Below, piece after piece: positions 45,827 to 54,602 of a stretch of 64,000 nucleotides of DNA (position 1 is its first letter; every line of letters starts with the position of its first letter). This stretch comes from Candidatus Aegiribacteria sp. (GTDB lineage Bacteria; Fermentibacterota; Fermentibacteria; Fermentibacterales; JCC-6): assembly GCA_021108005.1 (NCBI GenBank), contig JAIORS010000076.1, forward strand, positions 8,860-72,859, given 5' to 3'. The translations under genes and the position numbers were made by a program. A model generated the notes under the pieces. It was not told the origin of the DNA and did not search any database. It saw only the letters and a list, made by a program, of their open reading frames with translations.

Positions 45827-47020
45827 ATGAATAACCTGCCCAACGATGTATTTCAGAAATGCTACGATTACGAAAGACTTGATAAGGTAGTTAAATCGGG
45901 TCTCTATCCATACTTCGTACCACTGAGCGGGCATGTCGGGGCAGAAATGGAGATCGAAGGTCACAGTATAATCATGCTGGGTTCGAACAATTATCTGGGT
46001 CTCACCGATCATCCAAGGGTCATGGAGAAGGCGAAGGAAGCCATTGATAAATACGGCACCGGCTGTACCGGAAGCCGGTTTTTAAACGGAACCCTTGATC
46101 TCCATATCGAGCTTGAGGAAAGAATGGCACAGTTTCTTAACAAGGAAATGGTTATCACTTTCAGTACAGGGTTCCAGTCCAACCTGGGGGTCATTTCAAC
46201 TATTGCGGGCCGTAACGACATCATATATCTGGACAGACTGGATCACGCATCGATAATTGATGGTTCAAGAATGAGCTTCGGCAGAGTTCTGAAATACAGA
46301 CATAACGATCACGAGCATCTAAAGTATCTGCTTGAGAATAACAGGGAACATCCTGGTGTGATTGTCACCGATGGCGTTTTCAGCATGGAGGGAGACCTTG
46401 CCAATATTCCCGGACTGGTCGAGATCAGCAGGGAATTCGGTGTAAGGCTCATGGTCGACGATGCACATGGAGTAGGTGCCATGGGGGCAGCGGGCAGAGG
46501 AACCGCTGAACATTTTGGATGTCATGATGATGTGGATTTACTGGTAGGTACATTCAGCAAATCATTCGCATGTGTTGGGGGTTTCGCGGCGGGACCCGCC
46601 AGGGTAATGGACTATATCAAACATACCGCCAGGACTATGATATTCTCAGCAAGCCTTCCACCCGCAGCTGTAGCGACTGTTATTGCAGCGCTCGATGTTC
46701 TGGAGCAGGAACCGGAACTTATTGCCAACTCTCACAAGGCTGCCGAGAGGGCCAGACAGGGACTGGCATCATTGGGATTTAATGTTGGTAATTCCGAAAC
46801 GCCGATCATTCCGATAATTGTGGGAGACGAGTATCAAACGCTTCTATTCTGGAAGAGACTTTTCCAGGAAGGGGTCTTTGCCAATCCTGTTATCAGTCCC
46901 GCGGTTGCCAGCGGGGGCGAAATGCTGCGAACCAGCTATATGGCTACCCATACTGATGATATGATAGACAGAGCGCTGGATATTTTCGAAAAGTGCGGCA
47001 AAGAACTCGATTTAATTTGA
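45827..47020 (+). CDS. Alpha-oxoamine synthase, serine palmitoyltransferase-like (PLP)
   Basis: GSNNYLGL, GTGCTGSRFLNGTLDLH, DDAHGVG and the PLP lysine in GTFSKSFACVGGF. The N-terminal ..LYPYF.. resembles SPT-type rather than BioF-type enzymes. Confidence 0.75.
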   Translation: MNNLPNDVFQKCYDYERLDKVVKSGLYPYFVPLSGHVGAEMEIEGHSIIMLGSNNYLGLTDHPRVMEKAKEAIDKYGTGCTGSRFLNGTLDLHIELEERMAQFLNKEMVITFSTGFQSNLGVISTIAGRNDIIYLDRLDHASIIDGSRMSFGRVLKYRHNDHEHLKYLLENNREHPGVIVTDGVFSMEGDLANIPGLVEISREFGVRLMVDDAHGVGAMGAAGRGTAEHFGCHDDVDLLVGTFSKSFACVGGFAAGPARVMDYIKHTARTMIFSASLPPAAVATVIAALDVLEQEPELIANSHKAAERARQGLASLGFNVGNSETPIIPIIVGDEYQTLLFWKRLFQEGVFANPVISPAVASGGEMLRTSYMATHTDDMIDRALDIFEKCGKELDLI

Positions 47021-47033
47021 TCCTGGAGGTTCG

Positions 47034-48158
47034 ATGTCTTTTTCAATCGAGGAGGTAAGCGGCAGCCGGCTGCTTCGCGAATTCATAGACCTTCCTTTCG
47101 GGTTGTACAGTAACGATCCGAATTGGGTACCTCCGGTGAGATATTTCCAGAAGGAGCTTTTCAACAGGAAGAAGCACCCTTTCCACGGCCATGGCGATGT
47201 GACTGCGCTTCTGGCCAGGAACAGGGAAGGCAGGGCAGTTGGCCGGATCGTATCCATCGTAAATCATGCACACAATGAATACCATAATGAAAAAACAGGA
47301 TTCTTTGGATTCCTGGAGGGAGAGAAGGATGAAGAACTTTTCAGCCTTCTTCTACACACTGCGGAAGAAAAACTGCGCGGAGCCGGCATGGATAAAGTAC
47401 GGGGGCCTATGAATTTCTCAACGAATGAGGAATGCGGACTGATGATCAAGGGGTTCGATTCCCCTCCGCTGATAATGATGACCTACAATCCGCCCTGGTA
47501 CGCGGATATGATTGAGAGAACAGGCTATCAGAAATTAAAGGATCTTTACGCCTATTACCTTGATTCAGGTATTTCGGACTATTCCCGGATAGCACGGGTA
47601 GCGGGGCTTGTAAGGAAAAGAACCAACGCGGTGATAAGGAATATTTCCGTTGTACATATTCATAAAGAGGTTCCCGTGATAATGGATATCTATAATGAAT
47701 GCTGGGAGGATAACTGGGGATTTGTTCCAATGACCCAGCGGGAAATGGATATGATGGCGGACGAACTCAAGATGATCATGCTCCCCCAGCTTGCCCCGAT
47801 AGTGGAGATCGATGGAGAACCGGTAGCTTTTGCTGTTTCCATCCCCGATGCGAACCAGGCATTCATACGAGCTGGTGGCGGCCTGATCAGGGCAGTCATG
47901 GCGCTGAAAGCTCCGCTGTTCCGAACACGGATCAACCAGGTAAGGGTGCTTCTGCTGGGAGTGAGAAAGGCTTACCGCGGACGGGGCCTTGAAGCCCTGC
48001 TGATAGATAGAGTAATAGAATCCAGCATTAAGAAAGGAATGGGAAGAGGAGAGCTTTCCTGGATACTGGAAGATAACGTGTCCATGAGAAGAATACTCGA
48101 GAAAGACCTTTGCGCGCAGCAGTATAGAACTTACAGGATATATCAGAAAGATATCTGA
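47034..48158 (+). CDS. GNAT-fold acyltransferase of unknown specificity
   Basis: N-terminal FIDLPFGLYSNDPNWVPP and a C-terminal GNAT motif A (VRKAYRGRGLEALLI). 374 aa. Confidence 0.55.
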   Translation: MSFSIEEVSGSRLLREFIDLPFGLYSNDPNWVPPVRYFQKELFNRKKHPFHGHGDVTALLARNREGRAVGRIVSIVNHAHNEYHNEKTGFFGFLEGEKDEELFSLLLHTAEEKLRGAGMDKVRGPMNFSTNEECGLMIKGFDSPPLIMMTYNPPWYADMIERTGYQKLKDLYAYYLDSGISDYSRIARVAGLVRKRTNAVIRNISVVHIHKEVPVIMDIYNECWEDNWGFVPMTQREMDMMADELKMIMLPQLAPIVEIDGEPVAFAVSIPDANQAFIRAGGGLIRAVMALKAPLFRTRINQVRVLLLGVRKAYRGRGLEALLIDRVIESSIKKGMGRGELSWILEDNVSMRRILEKDLCAQQYRTYRIYQKDI

Positions 48159-48173
48159 CTTAGAAGGATAGCA

Positions 48174-49961
48174 ATGACCTCAGAAGAACTAAGACGACTC
48201 TATTTTGACTTTTTCATCGGGAAAGGTCACTCCGTTATCCAGGGGGCTTCACTCATTCCACAGGAGGATTCCACCATACTGTATACCCCGGCGGGAATGC
48301 AGCCCCTTGTTCCGTACCTGCTGGGAGAGAAGCATCCTGCGGGAAGAAGACTCGTTGATGTTCAGAAGTGCATTCGCACAGGGGACATCGAAGAGGTGGG
48401 AGACGCATCCCATCTGACTTTTTTCGAGATGCTGGGAAACTGGTCCCTTGGAGACTATTTCAAGCGCGAATGCATCACCTGGAGTTTCGAGTTTCTTACA
48501 TCCGGCTCGTGGCTGGGTTTCAAGCCTGAGCAGCTTCACGTAACTGTATTTGCCGGGGACGAACAAGTACCCCCGGACGAGGAGGCTGCATCGATCTGGG
48601 AGGAAGTCGGGATTCCCGTGGAACGGATTTACTTTCTGGGAAGGGACGACAACTGGTGGGGACCCACGGGAAATACAGGCCCCTGCGGGCCCGATACCGA
48701 GATATTCATCGACACCGGAAAACCACCCTGCGGTCCCGACTGCAAACCGGGCTGTGGCTGCGGAAAATACTTTGAGATATGGAACGATGTTTTTATGGAA
48801 TACCTCAGAACCGCCGACGGACGGTACGTTCCCCTTGAACAGAAAAATGTTGATACTGGAATGGGGGTAGCCAGGACAGTCGCGATGATGAACGGCCACG
48901 AGACAATTTACGATATACCCCAGTTCCAGCCTCTCTTCGGATTTCTGAAAAAACTTTCAGGGCTCGGTTCTGAGCCTGATGACCAGGCACTAAGATCCCT
49001 CAGGATCATATCCGACCATATCAGGACAGCCACACATATTCTGGGGGATGACCAGGGTATTCCACCCTCGAATCTTGACAGAGGGTACGTACTCAGAAGG
49101 CTTATTCGCCTTGCTGTGAGGCATGGAAGGAAACTGGGTATAGACGATCCATTTTCTTCGAGGCTTGCAGAGATCGTCATCGATGTAGAATCACCGGTTC
49201 ATGAGGAATTATCGCGAAACCGGAAATTCATTCTTGATGAATTATCCCTCGAGGAGTCAAGATTCGAGAAGACACTTCAATCCGGCCTTCGCGAATTCGA
49301 GAAGCTCCTTCCGAATCTGATGAGGAATCCCGCGAGAACCATCCCCGGAAGAATCGCTTTCAGGCTGTACGATACGTTTGGCTTCCCTGTTGAATTCACG
49401 GCTGAATTGGCTGCGGAGAACGATATGACAGTTGACATGGAAGGTTACAGAAAGGCCTTCGACAAGCATAGAGAGCTTTCCAGACAGGGAGGAGAGGAAA
49501 AATTCAAGGGAGGTCTTTCCGATAACAGCGAAATGGTAACAAGGCTTCATACCACGACTCATCTTCTACATCAGGCTCTGAGGGAAATCCTGGGTGATCA
49601 TGTGGAACAGAAGGGAAGCAATATAACCGAGAAAAGGCTGCGTTTCGATTTCAGTCATCCCGATAAAATGACGAACGAAGAAATCGCTCTGGTTGAAAAC
49701 AGGGTCAACGAAATAATAGAGGCCGACCTGCCTGTTATCTGTGAGGAGACTCAACTTGAAACCGCGCTTGAAATGGGTGCCATCGGCCTGTTCAGAAACA
49801 GGTACGGTGATATGGTGAAGGTTTACAGGATAGGGGATTTCTCAATTGAGATATGCGGAGGTCCCCACGCCGGCAGGACAGGGGAACTGGGCAGGTTCAG
49901 GATAGTGAAGGAGAAAAGCTCCTCAAGCGGTGTAAGAAGAATAAGGGCGGTACTGGAATGA
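48174..49961 (+). CDS. alaS: Alanine--tRNA ligase, compact form (595 aa)
   Basis: Class II core (LTFFEMLGNWSLGDYFK, FEIWNDVFMEY, DTGMG) and editing-site zinc motifs HTTTHLLHQAL and CGGPH. The protein ends ~30 aa after CGGPH. Confidence 0.85.
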   Translation: MTSEELRRLYFDFFIGKGHSVIQGASLIPQEDSTILYTPAGMQPLVPYLLGEKHPAGRRLVDVQKCIRTGDIEEVGDASHLTFFEMLGNWSLGDYFKRECITWSFEFLTSGSWLGFKPEQLHVTVFAGDEQVPPDEEAASIWEEVGIPVERIYFLGRDDNWWGPTGNTGPCGPDTEIFIDTGKPPCGPDCKPGCGCGKYFEIWNDVFMEYLRTADGRYVPLEQKNVDTGMGVARTVAMMNGHETIYDIPQFQPLFGFLKKLSGLGSEPDDQALRSLRIISDHIRTATHILGDDQGIPPSNLDRGYVLRRLIRLAVRHGRKLGIDDPFSSRLAEIVIDVESPVHEELSRNRKFILDELSLEESRFEKTLQSGLREFEKLLPNLMRNPARTIPGRIAFRLYDTFGFPVEFTAELAAENDMTVDMEGYRKAFDKHRELSRQGGEEKFKGGLSDNSEMVTRLHTTTHLLHQALREILGDHVEQKGSNITEKRLRFDFSHPDKMTNEEIALVENRVNEIIEADLPVICEETQLETALEMGAIGLFRNRYGDMVKVYRIGDFSIEICGGPHAGRTGELGRFRIVKEKSSSSGVRRIRAVLE

Positions 49962-50896
49962 AATACGTTATGACCGCATTTACTGTTTTGTTTCTGTTTG
50001 CCGCAGCAAACCTCGAGGCTTATGAAATATCGGATTTTTCGGGAACCTGGGAAACAACGTATGGAACGATGTACCTTCAGCAGGAGAATTCCCATGTTAG
50101 CGGACATTATACGTACGAATCGTACTCCAGCATCGAGGGTGAGGTCAGCGAGGACGGGAAGCTTGTTTTTACTTACAGCGAGCCTTCTGCCTCCGGTGAA
50201 GGCTGGTTCGAACTGTCAGGTGACACCATGAGCTTTGCAGGTATGTGGCGACCGGACGGGGGAGGCCAGTGGTACGAATGGGAAGGTTACAGGGCCGGCG
50301 CAGGGATACCTCCGTCCAACTGGCTTGTAATTCTCGAATCCGAATGGCAGTCGTCCCTTTCCGAGCAGGAATACTCCTTCGGTGAAATGCTGGAAGCATG
50401 GTTCGCGAGGGTATCAGGAGTGAATGTAAGGCACAGATTCGTTCATGATGTGGACGACCTTGCGGCTTTCTGCCTTGAATCATCGGGTCTTCCCGGAGAC
50501 GTTTACCTGGTAATCGCTTCCCATGGATCTACTTCGGGTATGGAACTGGCATCGGGAACCATCTCTTCAAGGGAGTTCATCGATGCTTTAAGACCCTGCA
50601 GCAACCTGGCAATGATACATTTCAGCTGTTGCGAGATCATGTCCGGCAGAATGCCTGAAGCCATAGTATCATCCAGAAGCGGGTGGCCACAGGATTTTGT
50701 GGTTTCCGGATACTCGCGAAGTGTGGACTGGGGGGCAAGCGGCATGATAGAGATATTCTATTTCAACCAAATGCTTGAGAATGGCTTTTCACCCCCCGAT
50801 GCCGCAAACAGCGTTATTGATGATATAGATTTCGCCGGACAGTCATCCACAAAATGGATGGACGCCGCTGGATTCACCTGGATTCAAGCCGAATGA
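49958..50896 (+). CDS. Secreted protein with a C-terminal clan-CD (caspase/legumain-like) His/Cys pattern
   Basis: Signal peptide MKYVMTAFTVLFLFAAANLEA. The ATG overlaps the alaS stop (ATGA). A hydrophobic strand followed by SHG (VYLVIASHGS) and a second followed by SCC (LAMIHFSCCEIMSG) lie ~40 aa apart. Confidence 0.45.
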   Translation: MKYVMTAFTVLFLFAAANLEAYEISDFSGTWETTYGTMYLQQENSHVSGHYTYESYSSIEGEVSEDGKLVFTYSEPSASGEGWFELSGDTMSFAGMWRPDGGGQWYEWEGYRAGAGIPPSNWLVILESEWQSSLSEQEYSFGEMLEAWFARVSGVNVRHRFVHDVDDLAAFCLESSGLPGDVYLVIASHGSTSGMELASGTISSREFIDALRPCSNLAMIHFSCCEIMSGRMPEAIVSSRSGWPQDFVVSGYSRSVDWGASGMIEIFYFNQMLENGFSPPDAANSVIDDIDFAGQSSTKWMDAAGFTWIQAE

Positions 50897-50946
50897 ACCG
50901 TTTCAAGATAATACTGCTGAAAATTGTTTGAAAGGATGTTTATCTG

Positions 50947-51981
50947 ATGGATCTTCTTAAATTACTCTGCGAAGCTGACGGTATCTCAGGCCACGAGGAC
51001 AATATTGTATCCCTGTTCCGTAAAGCTCTTGAAGGCTATGCGGACAGCTTTTCAAGCGATGCCATGAAGAATATTATTGCATTCAAGTCCGGTACCCAGG
51101 GTGATTCAAGGCTAAGGGTCATGCTGGCCGGGCATATTGATGAGATCGGTTTTCTGGTCCATAACATCGATGATCGTGGATTCGCTTCGGTGGTTCCCGT
51201 CGGGGGATGGGATCCCGCAAATATCCTTGGTCATACCGTCAGGGTGCACACAAGGAACAGTGAAATACTACCGGCCGTAATGCACAGAAGGTGGGAATCA
51301 ACGCAGAAATTGCGTGAAACATCTCCCAAATACGACAAACTGTACCTTGATTTTGGGCTTTCCCGCGATGACGTTAAGGAGATGGTCAGCTGCGGCGACT
51401 GGGTTTCAATGGATACCGATTTTCACGAACTGGGTGAATGTTTCGTCGCGAAGGCGTTCGACGACAGGGTTGGAGCGTTCATTATCATCGAAGCGATGAA
51501 GAGGTACGATAATCCCTCGATCGATGTTTACGCCGTAGGCACAGCGCAGGAAGAGGTGGGGCTCCGTGGTTCCACAGTTGCCGCCCAGTCAATTAATCCT
51601 GACATAGGTATAGCCGTGGACATCACCGGCTCGGGAGATACACCTGGATTTCCCGCAAGAATGAAGACCGCAGAGCTTGGAAAAGGTGTGACCATCAAAC
51701 AGATGGATTCCAGTGTAATTTGTTCAACATCGCTTGTGGAGTATATGAGGAAGCTGGCTGAGGATAACGGGATAGATTATCAGATGGAGATCCTTGTTCG
51801 CGGAGGCACCGATACATCAAGTATGCAGAAATTCAGTCCTGGAGCTCATTCCACGTGTCTGTCAATTCCCACAAGGTACGGTCACAGCCCGGTAGCGGTC
51901 ATTAACAGGCATGATGTTGAATGTGCTATCGAACTTCTCGTAGCATTCCTTAACGGAATAGGCCCGGATACAAGCCTCTGA
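50947..51981 (+). CDS. M42 family metallo-aminopeptidase (FrvX/CelM-like)
   Basis: GISGHED, MLAGHIDEIGFLV, FDDRVG, QEEVGLRG. Confidence 0.9.
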   Translation: MDLLKLLCEADGISGHEDNIVSLFRKALEGYADSFSSDAMKNIIAFKSGTQGDSRLRVMLAGHIDEIGFLVHNIDDRGFASVVPVGGWDPANILGHTVRVHTRNSEILPAVMHRRWESTQKLRETSPKYDKLYLDFGLSRDDVKEMVSCGDWVSMDTDFHELGECFVAKAFDDRVGAFIIIEAMKRYDNPSIDVYAVGTAQEEVGLRGSTVAAQSINPDIGIAVDITGSGDTPGFPARMKTAELGKGVTIKQMDSSVICSTSLVEYMRKLAEDNGIDYQMEILVRGGTDTSSMQKFSPGAHSTCLSIPTRYGHSPVAVINRHDVECAIELLVAFLNGIGPDTSL

Positions 51982-52095
51982 TAAATAGGGACGGAGGCTT
52001 TTTATTCGAAATTAGCAAATAATATCACACTCGGCAAGTCGATAAGCCCCAATTATTTGCGTTCTATGTATAAAATACCCTCCGTCCCTATTTAT
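51981..52095. repeat. Nested inverted repeat (17-bp outer arms, 9-bp inner arms)
   Basis: ATAAATAGGGACGGAGG (51981-51997) is the perfect reverse complement of 52079-52095. An inner pair GCAAATAAT (52015-52023) / ATTATTTGC (52052-52060) lies within. The repeat sits between convergent stops. Confidence 0.6.
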
Positions 52096-52099
52096 GAGT

Positions 52100-52438
52100 T
52101 CAGTCTCCGGATGCTATTCCGATCAGCAGAAATACGGTCATTACAGCCGCTATTATCATTGCTGTCCTGGCTTTTCGGGGGGAGGAGTCCTTGTAAAGGA
52201 AGTAGATTATCCAGCCCAGAGGAAAGAAGAAGAAGCAGAGGCACCCCATACCAACGGATAGTTTATCCGGGGCTTCCTGATGATGGTAGTGGTGAATCTC
52301 CCTGATATCGGGGGTATCCTGATCGTTTTTCCAGTCAGGATCGAATTCTCTGGTATGATAAGTTGATCTGCAGTATTCGCATGTGTAGATCTCACCCTCG
52401 AATTTTCCCATCTGTGCTCCGCAGTTGGGGCATTTCAT
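52100..52438 (-). CDS. Zinc-ribbon protein with a C-terminal double-TM region
   Basis: MKCPNCGAQM..YTCEYCRS (CxxC...CxxC), a His-rich linker HHYHHQ, and two hydrophobic segments. Confidence 0.55.
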   Translation of the reverse strand: MKCPNCGAQMGKFEGEIYTCEYCRSTYHTREFDPDWKNDQDTPDIREIHHYHHQEAPDKLSVGMGCLCFFFFPLGWIIYFLYKDSSPRKARTAMIIAAVMTVFLLIGIASGD

Positions 52439-52477
52439 ATGACTCCTTCCGAATAAACGTAATCTATTCCGACAGAG

Positions 52478-54214
52478 ATGATGTGTCCATCCAATCCGGC
52501 AGGGACTATGAAATGCAGGTTTCAGCTTTTATCTTTTAGCATGGGTTCAAAAACCAGGCTTCTCGTTCGTATAAAGATCGCCAGTCTTAAAGGCGCAATG
52601 GTTTCCGAATGGCGGAACAATAAGCTGAAGCTGATCGCGGGTGGAATAACCCTTACTATTCTTGTGTGTGGCATTTTTCTGATTTTCCGTTTTCTTTTCA
52701 CCTACATATACAACCTCGAGGAGATGTTCACCGGTTTTGGAATAGCCCTCGCCAGGAGGCTTATGGCAATGACCTTCATGTCCCTGGGAGTTTTCATAGG
52801 GATATCATCTTTCATCAGCGGAGTTTCCGTTGTCTACAGATCGTGGGAGACCTCGTTTCTGCTTACAATGCCGATAAAGGACAGGCTGACAGCTTATATT
52901 CGCGTATTGGAAAGCTGGTTCAACGCGGGCTGGGCGACTGTCCTGCTGGGAATTCCAATAGTAACCGCTTTTTGCATTTCTCTCAAAATCAACACATCCG
53001 CGACCTTTATTTCGATTCTGCTGTTTCCTTTTCTCATCATCATATGGCTGTCATTCGGGTCGATTCTTCTTGGTGTCGCGATCAGATTCAGTCGTCAAAA
53101 CGGACGCATATGGAGAACATCCACTGTTCTGGGGTTGCTGGTTGCTGTGGGGATATTCGCAATACTGAAAAATTCCGGTCCGGAAAGCATGATTGCCAGA
53201 GAGAATTCCGCTCTGGATGCCGTACAGAGGTTCGTGTCGGAGCTTCCTGTTGCCGGTGGAGAATTCTGGCCCCACACAGTTTTCGGAAATGTTATCTCAC
53301 TGATTGACAGACAAGCATGGTCTGAAGCGCTGAAGTATATAGGAATTCTCCTTATCGAGGCAGCGCTTGCCCTTACCCTTTCATTGGTCATGATATGCCC
53401 GGGATTTAGAAAAAAATATTCAGCGGTTTCATCCTCATCAGGCAGCAGCAGAAGCAGCCGGTATTTTCTTAGGTCCGGTGGACGTCTCAGAACCATGCTG
53501 CACAAGGATATTCTTCTTTTCATGAGAGATCCGGTGCAATGGAGTCAACTCTTCCTCCTTGCCGGTCTGTTTCTTGTTTACGCTCTGAACCTGGATCGGT
53601 TTCCCACGGATATCGGCCCAAAATTCTGGCGTATGATTGTTGTATACCTTAATTTTTCCTTTTCGTGCTTTGTTACAGCCACACTTCTTGTCAGGTTTAC
53701 ATTTCCGTCCATAAGCCTTGAGGGTCCCGGCCTGAGTTATATTCTGCAACTCTCGCGTGGCAGGAAATTGCTTCTCAGCATAAAATGGGTTGAGTCCTTT
53801 ATTTTTATTGCACCATTCATTGTGGGTGTAGGGATCTGGTCTACACTGCGAATAGACGCGGGATGGATACTGGTGTCCATGTCTACAGTATCGCTGATTC
53901 TCATGTGTATCGCTCTTGTAAGTATCAATGTAGGGTTGGGTGCGGTATTTCCAAGATTCGAAAAAGGAAGCGCGGCGAACATCGCCAGCGGACAGGGCGG
54001 GATAATAGCAGCCTTCGTTTCAATGGGATATGTTCTCATATTCATAATGGTACTGGGGTTGATAATGCGGAGATCATTTACCGTTGCTATGCCGGTGCGG
54101 GCTCTTGCAGGGTCGCTGAATATTGTTCTTATATTTCTGACCGTATTGACTCTGATTGTTGCTTATGTCTTTATCAGAATAGGATATCGAAGTCTTGTGA
54201 AGAGGGATTTCTAA
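52478..54214 (+). CDS. Internally duplicated polytopic membrane protein (ABC-2 / putative ABC-exporter permease-like)
   Basis: Two homologous halves each begin with a basic amphipathic segment (..IKIASLKGAMVSEWRNNKLK.. and ..MLHKDILLFMRDPVQWSQLF..) followed by ~6 TM segments. The likely start is ATG 52541. Confidence 0.45.
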   Translation: MMCPSNPAGTMKCRFQLLSFSMGSKTRLLVRIKIASLKGAMVSEWRNNKLKLIAGGITLTILVCGIFLIFRFLFTYIYNLEEMFTGFGIALARRLMAMTFMSLGVFIGISSFISGVSVVYRSWETSFLLTMPIKDRLTAYIRVLESWFNAGWATVLLGIPIVTAFCISLKINTSATFISILLFPFLIIIWLSFGSILLGVAIRFSRQNGRIWRTSTVLGLLVAVGIFAILKNSGPESMIARENSALDAVQRFVSELPVAGGEFWPHTVFGNVISLIDRQAWSEALKYIGILLIEAALALTLSLVMICPGFRKKYSAVSSSSGSSRSSRYFLRSGGRLRTMLHKDILLFMRDPVQWSQLFLLAGLFLVYALNLDRFPTDIGPKFWRMIVVYLNFSFSCFVTATLLVRFTFPSISLEGPGLSYILQLSRGRKLLLSIKWVESFIFIAPFIVGVGIWSTLRIDAGWILVSMSTVSLILMCIALVSINVGLGAVFPRFEKGSAANIASGQGGIIAAFVSMGYVLIFIMVLGLIMRRSFTVAMPVRALAGSLNIVLIFLTVLTLIVAYVFIRIGYRSLVKRDF

Positions 54215-54215
54215 A

Positions 54216-54602
54216 ATGAATGAAATAGCCGTTGATTACGGCAGGAAGAGAACCGGGTTTGCCATTTGCCTTTCCGGTGTTGTTATACCTCTCGATCCGC
54301 TATCCGAAACTTCATGGAATGGCATATCGTCGAGATTGAAACATATTCAGGATGAAAACGCGGCCGGCACAGTAATCCTGGGGCTTCCGCTGACTGCCGA
54401 GGGGAAACATACGGAATTATCTCGCGAGGTGGAGAAGCTGGCTGAATACCTTCGGAACAGTGGATTCATCGTGGAACTTGTCAGAGAAACCGGTTCAACC
54501 GCTGAGACGGTGGAAGAAACCGGGACGAATCGTCGACGGGACGGTAGAAAGGACTCTCTTGCCGCAATGATTATTCTTAAACGTTACCTGGGAATGCCAT
54601 GA
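54216..54602 (+). CDS. ruvX: Holliday junction resolvase-like / pre-16S rRNA nuclease YqgF
   Basis: IAVDYGRKRTGFAI and GLPLTAEG motifs. 128 aa. Confidence 0.85.
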   Translation: MNEIAVDYGRKRTGFAICLSGVVIPLDPLSETSWNGISSRLKHIQDENAAGTVILGLPLTAEGKHTELSREVEKLAEYLRNSGFIVELVRETGSTAETVEETGTNRRRDGRKDSLAAMIILKRYLGMP

